This document shows, in pieces, positions 46,719-56,892 of a DNA stretch of 64,000 nt (the first letter of the stretch is position 1; each line of letters begins with the position of its first letter). The DNA is from an uncultured Spirochaetaceae bacterium. GTDB lineage: Bacteria; Spirochaetota; Spirochaetia; Sphaerochaetales; Sphaerochaetaceae. The position numbers and the translations under genes were made by a program. The notes below the pieces were generated by a model. It was not told the origin of the DNA. It made no database searches and saw nothing but the letters and a program-made list of their open reading frames with translations. The DNA is taken from positions 1 to 64,000 of the forward strand of contig CAYYOL010000008.1 of assembly GCA_964473245.1 (NCBI GenBank). The letters are read 5' to 3'.

Positions 46719-48626
46719 TCAATTCGAGAAGAGTGAGGCGATCTCCTTCGCATAGAGATCGTTGATCTTGTGACGCATGACCTCCTGTTTTGCCGAGAGC
46801 TCTTTGCCGACTGTGAACGATGTAGGCAGTAAGGCGAAACGGTTGATCCGTTCATAGGGTTTGAATCCATTCTTTGCACTCACAAGTTCATTGATCTCTG
46901 TATGGATCAATTCCACCACTTCCGGCAGTTCGGTGACATCCCTTCTGGACATATAGGGGATATTGTTCTCCTTCACATAGAGTTCAAGCTGTTTGGTGTC
47001 CGGTACGATGAGAGCTGCAAGGTATTTCATGTCTTGACCGATCACGACAGCCTGTTCAATATACTCCGATTCACGAATGCGAGCTTCGATTGGGACCGGC
47101 TCGATATTCTCTCCACCACTGAGTACGATCGTGTCCTTCGCTCGACCGCGAATGGCGTACTCACCCTTGTGGGTCCAGATACCGATATCTCCCGTATTGA
47201 TCCAACCTTCACTATCTATGACGGCCTTGGTCAGTTCAGGTCGCTTATAGTAGCCTGCCATCACCTGAGCTCCACGGGCATGGATAACTCCCTTCTTCCC
47301 GGGAGGGACCGCTTTGCCCTGATCATCGATGATCTTGATCTCTGTCTCAGGCAGGGGAGCCACGGTTCCAGGCACCTGATGCTTGATGTCTCTGAGCCCG
47401 ATCACTGGGGCTGTTTCGGTAAGGCCATATCCGTCGAGCAATGTTATGCCTATAGCTTTGAAGAAGTTATCGACCGATGTAGGAAGCGATCCACCCCCCG
47501 AGACGCCTGCTCTGAAATTGGTTCCGAACTTCTTTTTGATAGTCTTGAAGACCAACACATCTCCTAGCATCTTGAATGGGGTGAGAAGGAGAAGGGGGAT
47601 CATGCCGACAAGCAGATCGAGTGGATAGAATCGACGTCTGAACTGCGGCATCCTGTTCGCCACGAGGTTCATCGCCTTTGCATGATTCGCTCCTACCCAT
47701 ACGAAGAAGTGGAACAGTGCCCGTGCAACAGGGCTCTTACCTTTGACATTCTGGTAGACTCCCGCTTTGACAGCCTCCCAGATTCGTGGAACTGAGCCCA
47801 TCCAGGCTGGATTCACCCGCTGCAGGTCCACAAGCATGATCTTCCCGATCGGTTTCGAGTATGCGATCGCCGAAGCCTGTGAGACGATGACATACTGGAG
47901 AATTCTTTCGAACGAGTGCCAGACCGGCAGTACACTGAGCCAGCGCTCCCCTTTATGGAAGTCGATGACTTTGGGCAGTTGTTCAAGCTGAAACAGGAAG
48001 TTTCTGTGGGTGAGCATGACTCCTTTCGGTTCACCGGTGGTACCACTGGTGAATATGATGGTGGCGATATCGGAGTCTTTGCCCTGTTCGATCTCTTTTT
48101 CGACGAAGGAGGAGTCACTTTTCCGTGCTTTCTTGCCCATCTGCATAACATCGTCGTAGGTGATCACATGGACCGGTCCTGCAGTATCCAGTTCCTTGGT
48201 CGCATGGTGAGTGGTGTCTATAATGATGAGCGTCTTCAAATTCGGTAGATTACCGGAGAGGTCGAGTATTTTTCTACCCTGTTCAGAGTTCTCTGCAAAA
48301 CAGACGGAGCTCTCGGTTATCTTGAGGATGAATTCGAGCTCGTACGGCATGGCATCGCGCCCACGCGGCACATCTGCTGCTCCAAGCGAGAGGATCGCCA
48401 TATCTGCGACCAGCCACTCCTTCCTGTTGTCGCTTATCAGTCCCACAGGGTCGCCTCGGGAAACACCGACTTCGGCCAATCCTGCAGCGAGATCAAGGAC
48501 CTCGTTGTAGAAGTCTCTATAAGTCGTTGGGATGAAGGATCCGTTATCATCCTTGGAAAGTTGTGCTTCGTTCGTTCCATAGCTGGTTACTATATGTTTC
48601 AGCAGCTGTGGTAGGGTGTTGTACAT
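46719..48626 (-). CDS. long-chain fatty-acid--CoA ligase (AMP-binding enzyme)
   Basis: AMP-binding motif IIFTSGTTGEPKGV and the overall ANL-superfamily layout. Start at MYNTLPQLL, preceded by AAGGAGG. Confidence 0.85.
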   Translation of the reverse strand: MYNTLPQLLKHIVTSYGTNEAQLSKDDNGSFIPTTYRDFYNEVLDLAAGLAEVGVSRGDPVGLISDNRKEWLVADMAILSLGAADVPRGRDAMPYELEFILKITESSVCFAENSEQGRKILDLSGNLPNLKTLIIIDTTHHATKELDTAGPVHVITYDDVMQMGKKARKSDSSFVEKEIEQGKDSDIATIIFTSGTTGEPKGVMLTHRNFLFQLEQLPKVIDFHKGERWLSVLPVWHSFERILQYVIVSQASAIAYSKPIGKIMLVDLQRVNPAWMGSVPRIWEAVKAGVYQNVKGKSPVARALFHFFVWVGANHAKAMNLVANRMPQFRRRFYPLDLLVGMIPLLLLTPFKMLGDVLVFKTIKKKFGTNFRAGVSGGGSLPTSVDNFFKAIGITLLDGYGLTETAPVIGLRDIKHQVPGTVAPLPETEIKIIDDQGKAVPPGKKGVIHARGAQVMAGYYKRPELTKAVIDSEGWINTGDIGIWTHKGEYAIRGRAKDTIVLSGGENIEPVPIEARIRESEYIEQAVVIGQDMKYLAALIVPDTKQLELYVKENNIPYMSRRDVTELPEVVELIHTEINELVSAKNGFKPYERINRFALLPTSFTVGKELSAKQEVMRHKINDLYAKEIASLFSN

Positions 48627-48948
48627 AGACACCTCCTTTGTGGCTACCCTTTTAATATTACAAAATATCAAATTCTGTCAAACTGTAATATATAGGGTTT
48701 TTCTAACTGGGGCAAGAGATTGGGCCGCACTTTTGAATGTTTTTGACATATTTTGCAAAAATATCTAACTTGACATAATAGAATCAAAGTGTCAGGATAA
48801 AATAGATTTACCCGGATACTTCTCTGTATCTGGGTGAAAAAATAACAAAATTGGTCGTTTGTGTTGTATACTGTACATCCAAGACCAGAAAGTCGGCAGC
48901 AATTACACCGGGTCAATCCCACTTGTTGCCACCGATAGGAGGTCCTGC

Positions 48949-49170
48949 ATGAATCTTGTCCGAGTACGCGACGATGAATGCAAAGGATGCGCTATCTGCG
49001 TCTCCGTCTGCCCGAAACAGTGCTTAGTCATGTCAGACAAGCTCAACTCCCAAGGATATGCGTATGTACAGTTTGTGAATCCGGATGCTTGCACTGCATG
49101 CGGTCTCTGTTTTCTCAGTTGTCCCGAACCAGGTGCCCTCACCGTACTCTCCGGAAAGGAGGATGCGTGA
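48949..49170 (+). CDS. 4Fe-4S dicluster ferredoxin (delta subunit of 2-oxoacid:ferredoxin oxidoreductase)
   Basis: Two CxxCxxCxxxCP motifs. Start at MNLVRV, preceded by AGGAGG. Its stop overlaps the korA start (ATGA). Confidence 0.8.
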   Translation: MNLVRVRDDECKGCAICVSVCPKQCLVMSDKLNSQGYAYVQFVNPDACTACGLCFLSCPEPGALTVLSGKEDA

Positions 49171-50234
49171 TGGGTAGAAGGTTGATGAAGGGAAATGAAG
49201 CAGCTGTCCATGGTGCACTCATGGGGGGATGCACCCACTTCTTCGGGTATCCGATCACCCCCGCAAGTGAGATAGCACAGGCAGCTGCATACTACTTCAC
49301 TGCAGCTGGGAGAACATTTCTACAGGCAGAATCCGAGGTGAGTGTCATTAATATGCTCTATGGAGCTGCCAGCGCGGGAGCCCGTGTCATGACAGCCTCT
49401 TCCGGACCCGGCATAGCGCTCATGGGCGAGGGCCTGAGCTATCTCGCAGGAGCCCAACTGCCTGCAGTAGTGATTGATATGCAGAGAGCGGGGCCTGGAC
49501 TGGGAAATATCTGGCCTGAGCAGAGCGACTACAACATGGTCGTGAAAGGAGGCGGTCACGGGAATTATCGGAATATCGTGCTAGCACCCGCTTCAGCACA
49601 GGAGATGTTCAGTTTCACGAAACACGCATTCTCTCTTGCAGATCGGTACCGTATGACGGTGATGATCCTCAGCGATGCCTACATAGGACAGATGATGGAG
49701 CCAGTGGAAATCTCTGGACCTGTGGAACAGGGAGAACGGAAGGAGTGGGCAGTCTATGCCGATTCCGATAGCAGAGCGAATCTCATAACATCGATCCATA
49801 TGAGCCCGGATCTGCAGCGAGAGCATAACGAAAAGCTGCAACGTGTCTATCACGAAGTGGAGCAGGCAGCTGTCGACTACGAACTTTATCAGGCAGGCGA
49901 TGCCGAGATCATGCTCGTTGCCTATGGTGTGGTTGCTCGAATCTGTCATTCGGCGGTATATGCGTTGCGAGAGCAGGGCATGCGGGCCGGATTGCTTCGG
50001 CTGAAGACTCTCTATCCATTCCCGAAGAGACTCATTGAGACACTGGCGAAGCAGGGTATGCCGTTCGTTGTCGCAGAATTAAGCAACGGGCAGATGGCCG
50101 ACGATGTGGAGCTGGCAACCAAAGGGAAGAGCCCAGTATTCAGACATTTGACCATGGGAGGGGAGGTCCCCACTGTACGGGAGTTGACTCAAGCTGTAGC
50201 ACACTATGCATCATCGAGCGGAGGTGTACAATGA
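49170..50234 (+). CDS. korA: 2-oxoacid:ferredoxin oxidoreductase alpha subunit
   Basis: 354-aa KorA/VorA-type pyruvate-flavodoxin-oxidoreductase domain (…GYPITPASEI…, …SSGPGIALM…). Confidence 0.9.
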   Translation: MGRRLMKGNEAAVHGALMGGCTHFFGYPITPASEIAQAAAYYFTAAGRTFLQAESEVSVINMLYGAASAGARVMTASSGPGIALMGEGLSYLAGAQLPAVVIDMQRAGPGLGNIWPEQSDYNMVVKGGGHGNYRNIVLAPASAQEMFSFTKHAFSLADRYRMTVMILSDAYIGQMMEPVEISGPVEQGERKEWAVYADSDSRANLITSIHMSPDLQREHNEKLQRVYHEVEQAAVDYELYQAGDAEIMLVAYGVVARICHSAVYALREQGMRAGLLRLKTLYPFPKRLIETLAKQGMPFVVAELSNGQMADDVELATKGKSPVFRHLTMGGEVPTVRELTQAVAHYASSSGGVQ

Positions 50235-51661
50235 GGGCACAGACTGAACGGTTTAAAAAGGCGGATTCATTCTACGATCGATATGAACGGAAGGGACCGG
50301 GATCCATGATAACCCACTATTGTCCCGGTTGCGGGCATGGTACGATTCAGAAACTGATCGCTGAGGCGATAGATGAACTCGGTATCCAAGATAGGACTAT
50401 CTTCCTCTCCCCAGTGGGATGTTCGGTATTCTCCTACTACTATTTCGACACGGGGAATATCCAGTGTTCCCATGGAAGGGCTCCTGCTGTGGCTACCGGT
50501 GTAAAGCGGACGCTTCGCGATTCGATCGTGATCAGTTATCAAGGCGATGGAGATCTCGCCGGTATCGGAATGACCGAGATCATGCATGCTGCAAACAGAG
50601 GCGAACCGATTACCGTCTTTTTCATCAACAATGCAATCTATGGCATGACAGGCGGTCAGATGGCACCGACAACACCTCTGGGACAGAAGACACTCACCAG
50701 TCCCTTTGGCAGAGAGTTCGAACGCGACGGGAATCCGATAGGCATGGTGGAGGTCATGAACTCGCTCACCGCTCCGGTGTATCTGCAGCGTTGTGCCGTC
50801 TCACAACCGAAAGAGATCTTTCAGACTCGAAAAGCGGTACGGAAGGCATTGCAGAATCAAATCGATGGACTCGGTTTCTCCTTTGTGGAGATCCTCTCAC
50901 CCTGTCCGACCAATTGGCGGATGAGTCCAGTAGATGCGCGAACCTGGATAGCGAGTGAGATGGTGAAATACTACCCACTCGGGGTGTTTCGAGATCGGAT
51001 AAAAGAGGTCGAGAGCGAGCATGGCGACACCAAGGAGACTCCATGGTTGGCCGATGCCGAGTTGATTGATCTCCTTTCGGGGAGCGTCTCGGTGCCGGAG
51101 GTCTCTCGTGAACCGCTCGTCGAACCGCAACGGATACGGATTGCCGGGTTCGGTGGACAGGGCGTGCTTTCAGCTGGTGAGCTGATCGCAACCTGTGGTA
51201 TGTCCGAACAGCTGGAGGTCTCGTGGCTCCCCTCCTATGGACCTGAGATGCGTGGCGGTAGCGCGAATGTCAGTGTGATTCTCGATAACGATGAGATCGG
51301 TTCACCGGTAATCGACCATCCAAACGTTCTGATAGCGATGAATGACCCTTCGCTCGACCTGTTCGAGAGTCAAGTCTCTCCGGGTGGAATGATCATGGTG
51401 AATTCCTCCATTGTCGATAGAGCAGTTGAACGGACCGACGTCACGGCAGTGTACGTCCCTGCAACTCGGTTGGCGAGAGATGCTGGATTACAGTCAGCGG
51501 CAAATGTCGTCATGGTCAGTGCCTATGCGTTGCTGTCGGGCGTATTTCCTGTTACGGTGATCGAGCAATGCATTCCGATTGTCCTGAGAAAGCCCGAGTT
51601 TCTTGAGCAGAACCTTCACCTGGTGAAGCGTACTCAAGCGTATCTTGCAGAGCAGCTGTAG
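50231..51661 (+). CDS. korB: 2-oxoacid:ferredoxin oxidoreductase beta subunit fused to gamma subunit
   Basis: N-terminal TPP-binding beta subunit (CPGCGHG…GDGD…). The C-terminal about 190 aa (RIAGFGGQGVLSAG…) is the gamma-subunit domain. Confidence 0.9.
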   Translation: MRAQTERFKKADSFYDRYERKGPGSMITHYCPGCGHGTIQKLIAEAIDELGIQDRTIFLSPVGCSVFSYYYFDTGNIQCSHGRAPAVATGVKRTLRDSIVISYQGDGDLAGIGMTEIMHAANRGEPITVFFINNAIYGMTGGQMAPTTPLGQKTLTSPFGREFERDGNPIGMVEVMNSLTAPVYLQRCAVSQPKEIFQTRKAVRKALQNQIDGLGFSFVEILSPCPTNWRMSPVDARTWIASEMVKYYPLGVFRDRIKEVESEHGDTKETPWLADAELIDLLSGSVSVPEVSREPLVEPQRIRIAGFGGQGVLSAGELIATCGMSEQLEVSWLPSYGPEMRGGSANVSVILDNDEIGSPVIDHPNVLIAMNDPSLDLFESQVSPGGMIMVNSSIVDRAVERTDVTAVYVPATRLARDAGLQSAANVVMVSAYALLSGVFPVTVIEQCIPIVLRKPEFLEQNLHLVKRTQAYLAEQL

Positions 51662-51670
51662 GGGGAGAGC

Positions 51671-52759
51671 ATGAAGCGGAAGCAGCAGGCGGTACTGGCT
51701 ATCAATCCCGGATCGACCACTACGAAACTGGCACTCTATGTCGACCGCGAACAAGTGGCTTCGGTCTGCCACGAGCATACTGTCGAGCAGCTCTCTGTAT
51801 TCAAAACAGTGATCGATCAGTTCATGTTTCGCCGGGATCTCGTTATCGCTTTTCTCGATGACAAGGGTGTTCAGCCCGGTACTATGGATATTGCCATGGG
51901 AAGGGGCGGTCTTCTCCATCCATTGCCAGGAGGTGTGTATCGGGTCGGACCGGCCATGCTCAGGGATTTACAGCATGGCCGTTATGGAGAGCATGCATGC
52001 AATCTGGGAGCCCTATTGGCAGATGCCGTGGCGAAACGGTATGGGTGTGATGCTTTGATCGCCGATCCCGTGGTGGTCGATGAGATGATCGATGAGGCTC
52101 GTATCTCGGGGATACCAGAGATACCGAGGAAGAGTATTTTTCACGCATTGAACCAGAAGTTCGTTGCACGGAAGGCTGCAAACCAGCTAGGGCTCTCCTA
52201 CGATCGGGCTCGACTGATCGTAGCCCATCTGGGTGGTGGCATTTCAGTAGGTTCGCACCAAGATGGACGGGTGATCGATGTGAACAACGCTCTCGATGGT
52301 GAGGGGCCTTTGACTCCTGAACGATCAGGAGGTGTTCCCGCGGGAGATCTCGTTAGACTCGTCCTTTCAGGTGGGTTCACTCATCAGGAGCTGAGAAAGA
52401 AGATCACCGGATCGGGAGGCTTGTTCGCCTACACTGGAACCAGAGACCTGAAACAACTGGCAAAGAGAGCCGAAGAGCATGATGCGAAGGCGGAATTCTG
52501 GATTCGAACGCTGGTCTATCAGGTGTGCAAGGAGATTGCATCTCATTTTGCTGTACTCCAAGGACGGGTAGATGCCGTTGTGCTCACCGGAGGAATTGCG
52601 CATAATACGACTATCATGAAGATGATAGAGGATCGGATCGGCACTCTGGCTCCGATTTTGATCTTTCCGGGAGAGGGGGAAATGCAATCCCTTGCCGAGA
52701 ATGCTTTTGCCGTTCTCGATCAGAATAGGGAGGTTATGGACTATGAAGGAAATTCGTAA
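51671..52759 (+). CDS. buk: butyrate kinase (ASKHA family)
   Basis: N-terminal AINPGSTTTKLALY and the overall Buk-length layout of 362 aa. Confidence 0.85.
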   Translation: MKRKQQAVLAINPGSTTTKLALYVDREQVASVCHEHTVEQLSVFKTVIDQFMFRRDLVIAFLDDKGVQPGTMDIAMGRGGLLHPLPGGVYRVGPAMLRDLQHGRYGEHACNLGALLADAVAKRYGCDALIADPVVVDEMIDEARISGIPEIPRKSIFHALNQKFVARKAANQLGLSYDRARLIVAHLGGGISVGSHQDGRVIDVNNALDGEGPLTPERSGGVPAGDLVRLVLSGGFTHQELRKKITGSGGLFAYTGTRDLKQLAKRAEEHDAKAEFWIRTLVYQVCKEIASHFAVLQGRVDAVVLTGGIAHNTTIMKMIEDRIGTLAPILIFPGEGEMQSLAENAFAVLDQNREVMDYEGNS

Positions 52760-53612
52760 GTCTGTGGCTCTGGTTGGTTCATCGCATGCCGAAAGTCTGC
52801 GAACCATAGAGCGGTGCCAGCTCACTTCGTGTGCCTCATTCGTTCTGTATGGCGACGAGGAGGCTACTCGCAAGATCGCTGAGGAATCGGGAATCGATCT
52901 CTCCGGTCTACGGATAGTCGCGACCTCTGACCCGCAGGATTCGTGTACCAAGGCTGTACAGGCGGCTGCTGAAGGGGCTGTGCAGGTACTCATGAAGGGT
53001 TCGGTCCATACAGCCGACTTTCTGCGTGCTATTCTCACCAAGGAGTATGGATTGCTTCCCGAAGACTCTCTGCTCAGCCATGTAGCACGGTTGGAAGTGC
53101 CCTGGTATCACAAGCCGTTGTTGCTTACCGATGCCGCGGTCTCGATCCTTCCCGATTTGGACACCAAGGTGCAGATCATTGCCAATGCAGTGTCGGTCGC
53201 TCACAAATTGGGTATAGAGACTCCTCGGGTTGCCCTTGTCTGCCCAGTCGAAACGGTGAATCCCAGGATCGTCTCGACTACCGATGCGTCACAACTCGTA
53301 TTTCTCCAAAAGAACACTACAGTCTTCTCTCAAGCCTTCATCGAGGGACCATTCGGACTCGATGTCGCCCTCTCGTCACAGGCCGCGAAGACCAAAGGGA
53401 TCGGAGGGAGTGTTCCAGGTCATGCCGACATCCTCTTGTTCGGAAATCTCGATGCAGCGAATGCAACCTACAAAGCATTCCTTTCTGCCCCGGGTGTGCT
53501 CTCCGCTGGAATTGTGGTTGGTGCCAAACTGCCTATTGTCCTCACCAGTCGTTCCGAGTCCATGGACACGCGGGAGGCATCCATTCAGCTGGCACTCTCC
53601 ATCTCAGATTAG
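52743..53612 (+). CDS. ptb: phosphate butyryltransferase / phosphotransacylase
   Basis: About 290-aa Pta/Ptb-family protein. Start at MKEIRKS, preceded by GGGAGG. Overlaps buk by 17 nt. Confidence 0.8.
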   Translation: MKEIRKSVALVGSSHAESLRTIERCQLTSCASFVLYGDEEATRKIAEESGIDLSGLRIVATSDPQDSCTKAVQAAAEGAVQVLMKGSVHTADFLRAILTKEYGLLPEDSLLSHVARLEVPWYHKPLLLTDAAVSILPDLDTKVQIIANAVSVAHKLGIETPRVALVCPVETVNPRIVSTTDASQLVFLQKNTTVFSQAFIEGPFGLDVALSSQAAKTKGIGGSVPGHADILLFGNLDAANATYKAFLSAPGVLSAGIVVGAKLPIVLTSRSESMDTREASIQLALSISD

Positions 53613-53695
53613 TACAGAGTCACTGAAACCTGTACAGAATGGTGTGGTAGCATCACCTCCTGCATGATACACTGATGTACACTTGTTGGTGATAT

Positions 53696-55996
53696 ATGGG
53701 TCAAGATAGAGATAGAGATAGAGAGCGAAAACGACTGAAATTACTCGAAGAGATCATCGATCTTACTCCAGCACTCATCTGTGTTGTGGATCTTACCGGT
53801 GTGTTTGTCATGGTGAACGATGCGTGGCATACGATGCTCGGGTACACAAAAGAGGAGCTGCTGCACTCATCCCTGATCGACTTCCTCCATCCCGACGATC
53901 GGGAGCCTACCACCCAGATCATCCACCGGTTACGCAGTGGTGAGAAGGTTCTCCATTATGTGAACCGGTATCAAGCAGAAGGGGGTAAGTACCTGACCCT
54001 CGATTGGCGAGCTCATATCAGTGACGGACTGATCTATGGAACAGCCCGGGATATCTCTCAGGAGATGGCGGATCTGCAACAGAAACAACGTGAACTCGAT
54101 ATCATGAATCTCCTGTTCGAACAGACGCTCACAGGCATGTTCTCAATACTGCTTACTACACCCATCGACTGGCAGCAAGTAGTGGAAGATGATCGTTTGC
54201 TCGATGAGATGCTACAGGAGTCACGGACTGAACGGGCAAACAGCGCTCTTCTGGAGCAGTTCCGTGTATCCGAAAGCCAGATAGTCGGTATGCGGGCATC
54301 GGAGCTGTTCCAGCTTGAGTCTTCACGAACTCACACGATGTTCAAAAATCTCTTAGTGCAGAAAAAGATCTCAGCCGAAGTGAATATGCAGCGATTCGAT
54401 GGTAGTGATGCCTGGTTTCAGGGGGAGTACCACTGTCTTACTAACGAGCAAGGAGAGATTGTAGGCTTTTTTGGCATGCAAATCGATGTGACTGAGAGAA
54501 GAGAGAGTGCATTGGCGTTACGGCAGAGTGAACACCGGTATCGGCTCATCACCGAACATGCATCCGATGTCATATGGGTATACGACTTCGAGCAAAAGCA
54601 ATTCACCTACATGAGCCCCTCGGTCGAGCGATTCATTGGTTATACCCCAGAAGAGGTCATTGGAAAAGCGTTTGAGTTTTCCATTCACCCCGATCATGTA
54701 CTGAATACGCGGAAGACACTGACTCGCATGTTGAAGGATTTCAAGCGGGCTTCGAACAACTCCAAGCAGTGGACATTCGAGGTGCGGCATATACGGAAAG
54801 ATGGTTCATCCCTTTGGGTAGATGCATCGGTGAACTTCCGGCTTCGTTCCCGTGGAGGGGTGGAGGCCATAGGGGTCAGTAGAGATATCTCCATGAGGAA
54901 GGCTTACGAAGATAAAATACTCCATCTCAGTTTCCGGGATCAGTTGACCGGTCTCTACAATCGCCGCTATTTCGAACAGCAGCTGGAGGCGTTGGCATGG
55001 AATTCAAAGGCCTTTCCCGTTTCGATTCTCGTGTGCGATGTCAATGGTCTCAAGCTCACCAACGATGTATTCGGTCACCAGATCGGTGACAGGCTACTCA
55101 CTTCGTGTGCAGATATCCTGCTGGCTCACAAGCAGGAGGGCGATGTGGTTGCACGGGTGGGAGGAGACGAGTACATCGTACTCATGTACCATACCACAGA
55201 GGATGAGGCAAGAGACCGGGTCGTTGAAATCCGACAGAGCATTGCCGAGAAGCGGATCGGAGAGACTCGTCTGTCCGTATCATTTGGGTGTGCAACAGCC
55301 TATGAAATGGTTGAGTCGTTCGAGCCGATTTTCAAGCAGGCAGAGGATGCTATGTATCGGCAGAAACTCATGGAGAGTTCGAGCTACAAGCATAATCTCA
55401 TCAAGATCCTCATTAGAGGGCTCTATGAGAAAGGGGAGTACGAGCGGTGTCATAGCGAGCGTGTCGCAGAGTTGTGTTACCGGATGGGCAAGCTGTTCGG
55501 GTTCTCAGATGCGCATCTGAACGAGTTGAAGCTCGCAGGCATGTTTCATGATATCGGCAAGGTCGGTATCTCATCCACTTTGTTGAACCAGAAACGGCCA
55601 TTGAATGCTGACGAGTGGACCCAGGTCCATCGACACCCTGAGCTCGGATATCACATACTGAGATCGGTTCAGAGCTTCGAACGGTTAGCTGACTGGGTGT
55701 TGGCGCACCACGAACAACCGAACGGAAAAGGGTATCCGCGTGGACTGAAAAACGATACCATACCTATCGAGTCGCGCATAATAGCTGTAGCGAATGCCTA
55801 CGATGCCATGACCAGTGAGTACGGATATAGGCAGCCCATAACCGTAGAGGAAGCGAAAGCGGAATTGCAGACTCATGCGGGAACCCAGTTCGATCCGCAG
55901 GTAGTACAGAAGTTCCTGAGTATACCGCTGACCGATCTCAACTGCGATCCGGAGGATCCAAAGGAGGCGATGTATGAACAGCTACGCCCCTCATGA
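53696..55996 (+). CDS. PAS/PAC - GGDEF - HD-GYP c-di-GMP signalling protein
   Basis: Two PAS/PAC modules, a GGDEF domain with an intact GGDEY motif (RVGGDEYIVL), and a C-terminal HD-GYP domain (…HDIGK…HHEQPNGKGYPRGL…). The N-terminus carries a (GATAGA)x3 hexamer repeat. Confidence 0.85.
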   Translation: MGQDRDRDRERKRLKLLEEIIDLTPALICVVDLTGVFVMVNDAWHTMLGYTKEELLHSSLIDFLHPDDREPTTQIIHRLRSGEKVLHYVNRYQAEGGKYLTLDWRAHISDGLIYGTARDISQEMADLQQKQRELDIMNLLFEQTLTGMFSILLTTPIDWQQVVEDDRLLDEMLQESRTERANSALLEQFRVSESQIVGMRASELFQLESSRTHTMFKNLLVQKKISAEVNMQRFDGSDAWFQGEYHCLTNEQGEIVGFFGMQIDVTERRESALALRQSEHRYRLITEHASDVIWVYDFEQKQFTYMSPSVERFIGYTPEEVIGKAFEFSIHPDHVLNTRKTLTRMLKDFKRASNNSKQWTFEVRHIRKDGSSLWVDASVNFRLRSRGGVEAIGVSRDISMRKAYEDKILHLSFRDQLTGLYNRRYFEQQLEALAWNSKAFPVSILVCDVNGLKLTNDVFGHQIGDRLLTSCADILLAHKQEGDVVARVGGDEYIVLMYHTTEDEARDRVVEIRQSIAEKRIGETRLSVSFGCATAYEMVESFEPIFKQAEDAMYRQKLMESSSYKHNLIKILIRGLYEKGEYERCHSERVAELCYRMGKLFGFSDAHLNELKLAGMFHDIGKVGISSTLLNQKRPLNADEWTQVHRHPELGYHILRSVQSFERLADWVLAHHEQPNGKGYPRGLKNDTIPIESRIIAVANAYDAMTSEYGYRQPITVEEAKAELQTHAGTQFDPQVVQKFLSIPLTDLNCDPEDPKEAMYEQLRPS

Positions 55997-56885
55997 TCTC
56001 TATGAGAATCTGCTCAAGTCGATAGCAGATCCCTTCTTTGTGATTGCCGAGGATGGCACCTATCTTGATGCATTCGGAGGGTCCGAGCGTAAACTCTACG
56101 ACGACGCCGCGTCGCTGAAGGGGAGAAACATTCATGACTTCATGGAAGCGGAATTTGCCCAGTTCTTCATGGAACAGGTATGCAGAGCGCTCACATTGGG
56201 GTCGATTCATTGTTTTGAGTATCAACTCCAGACGGATTCAGTGGAGGGGATCCCCAAAAACGGGCCTGGGGGAAAACAGTGGTTCGAAGCGCGTCTCTAT
56301 CCACTCGAGAACCTCTACGAGGGCAAACGAGCGGTGACAGCCCTCATACTCAATATCTCGGAACGGAAGTGCCTGCAGCAACGACTCAGAGAACTCTCAT
56401 ACCAGGACTCCTTGACCAAAGTGTTCAATAGACGGTATTTCTTCGAACGATTGAGCGAACAATTGGAACTTTACACGCAAGATCGGATATCTCTGGCCAT
56501 CATGGTGCTGGACATAGATCAGTTCAAGGATATAAATGATACCTACGGACATTTTTCAGGTGATCACATCTTGAAACAGGTGGTGCAAGTCCTTGAGCAG
56601 TTCATAACACCCGATATTACACTGGCTCGGTTCGGAGGTGATGAGTTCATATTCTCTGTCGAGCGGCTCCCTTTCGATGAGGTCATGCGCAGTGCCGAAT
56701 GTGTGAGAGCTGCCATCGAGCGGGAAAAGTTCGTGTTCGCAGAGCACACGATTCCTGTTACGGTGAGTATCGGCGTATCACAAGTCACGCAATTCGATAC
56801 AGATACTGCGAGTATCGTAAGCAGAGCCGATAAGGCGCTCTACCTTGCAAAGACGCAGGGAAGAAACCGTGTGGTAAGGATGTAG
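55974..56885 (+). CDS. PAS - GGDEF diguanylate cyclase
   Basis: PAS domain, then GGDEF with an intact RFGGDEF motif and an RxxD I-site-like region. Confidence 0.85.
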   Translation: MNSYAPHDLYENLLKSIADPFFVIAEDGTYLDAFGGSERKLYDDAASLKGRNIHDFMEAEFAQFFMEQVCRALTLGSIHCFEYQLQTDSVEGIPKNGPGGKQWFEARLYPLENLYEGKRAVTALILNISERKCLQQRLRELSYQDSLTKVFNRRYFFERLSEQLELYTQDRISLAIMVLDIDQFKDINDTYGHFSGDHILKQVVQVLEQFITPDITLARFGGDEFIFSVERLPFDEVMRSAECVRAAIEREKFVFAEHTIPVTVSIGVSQVTQFDTDTASIVSRADKALYLAKTQGRNRVVRM

Positions 56886-56892
56886 GCAAGTC

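Noticed and set aside
52367-53041. 224-aa minus-strand ORF
   Set aside because: Antisense to the buk/ptb junction, which has good ribosome-binding sites and family motifs on the plus strand.
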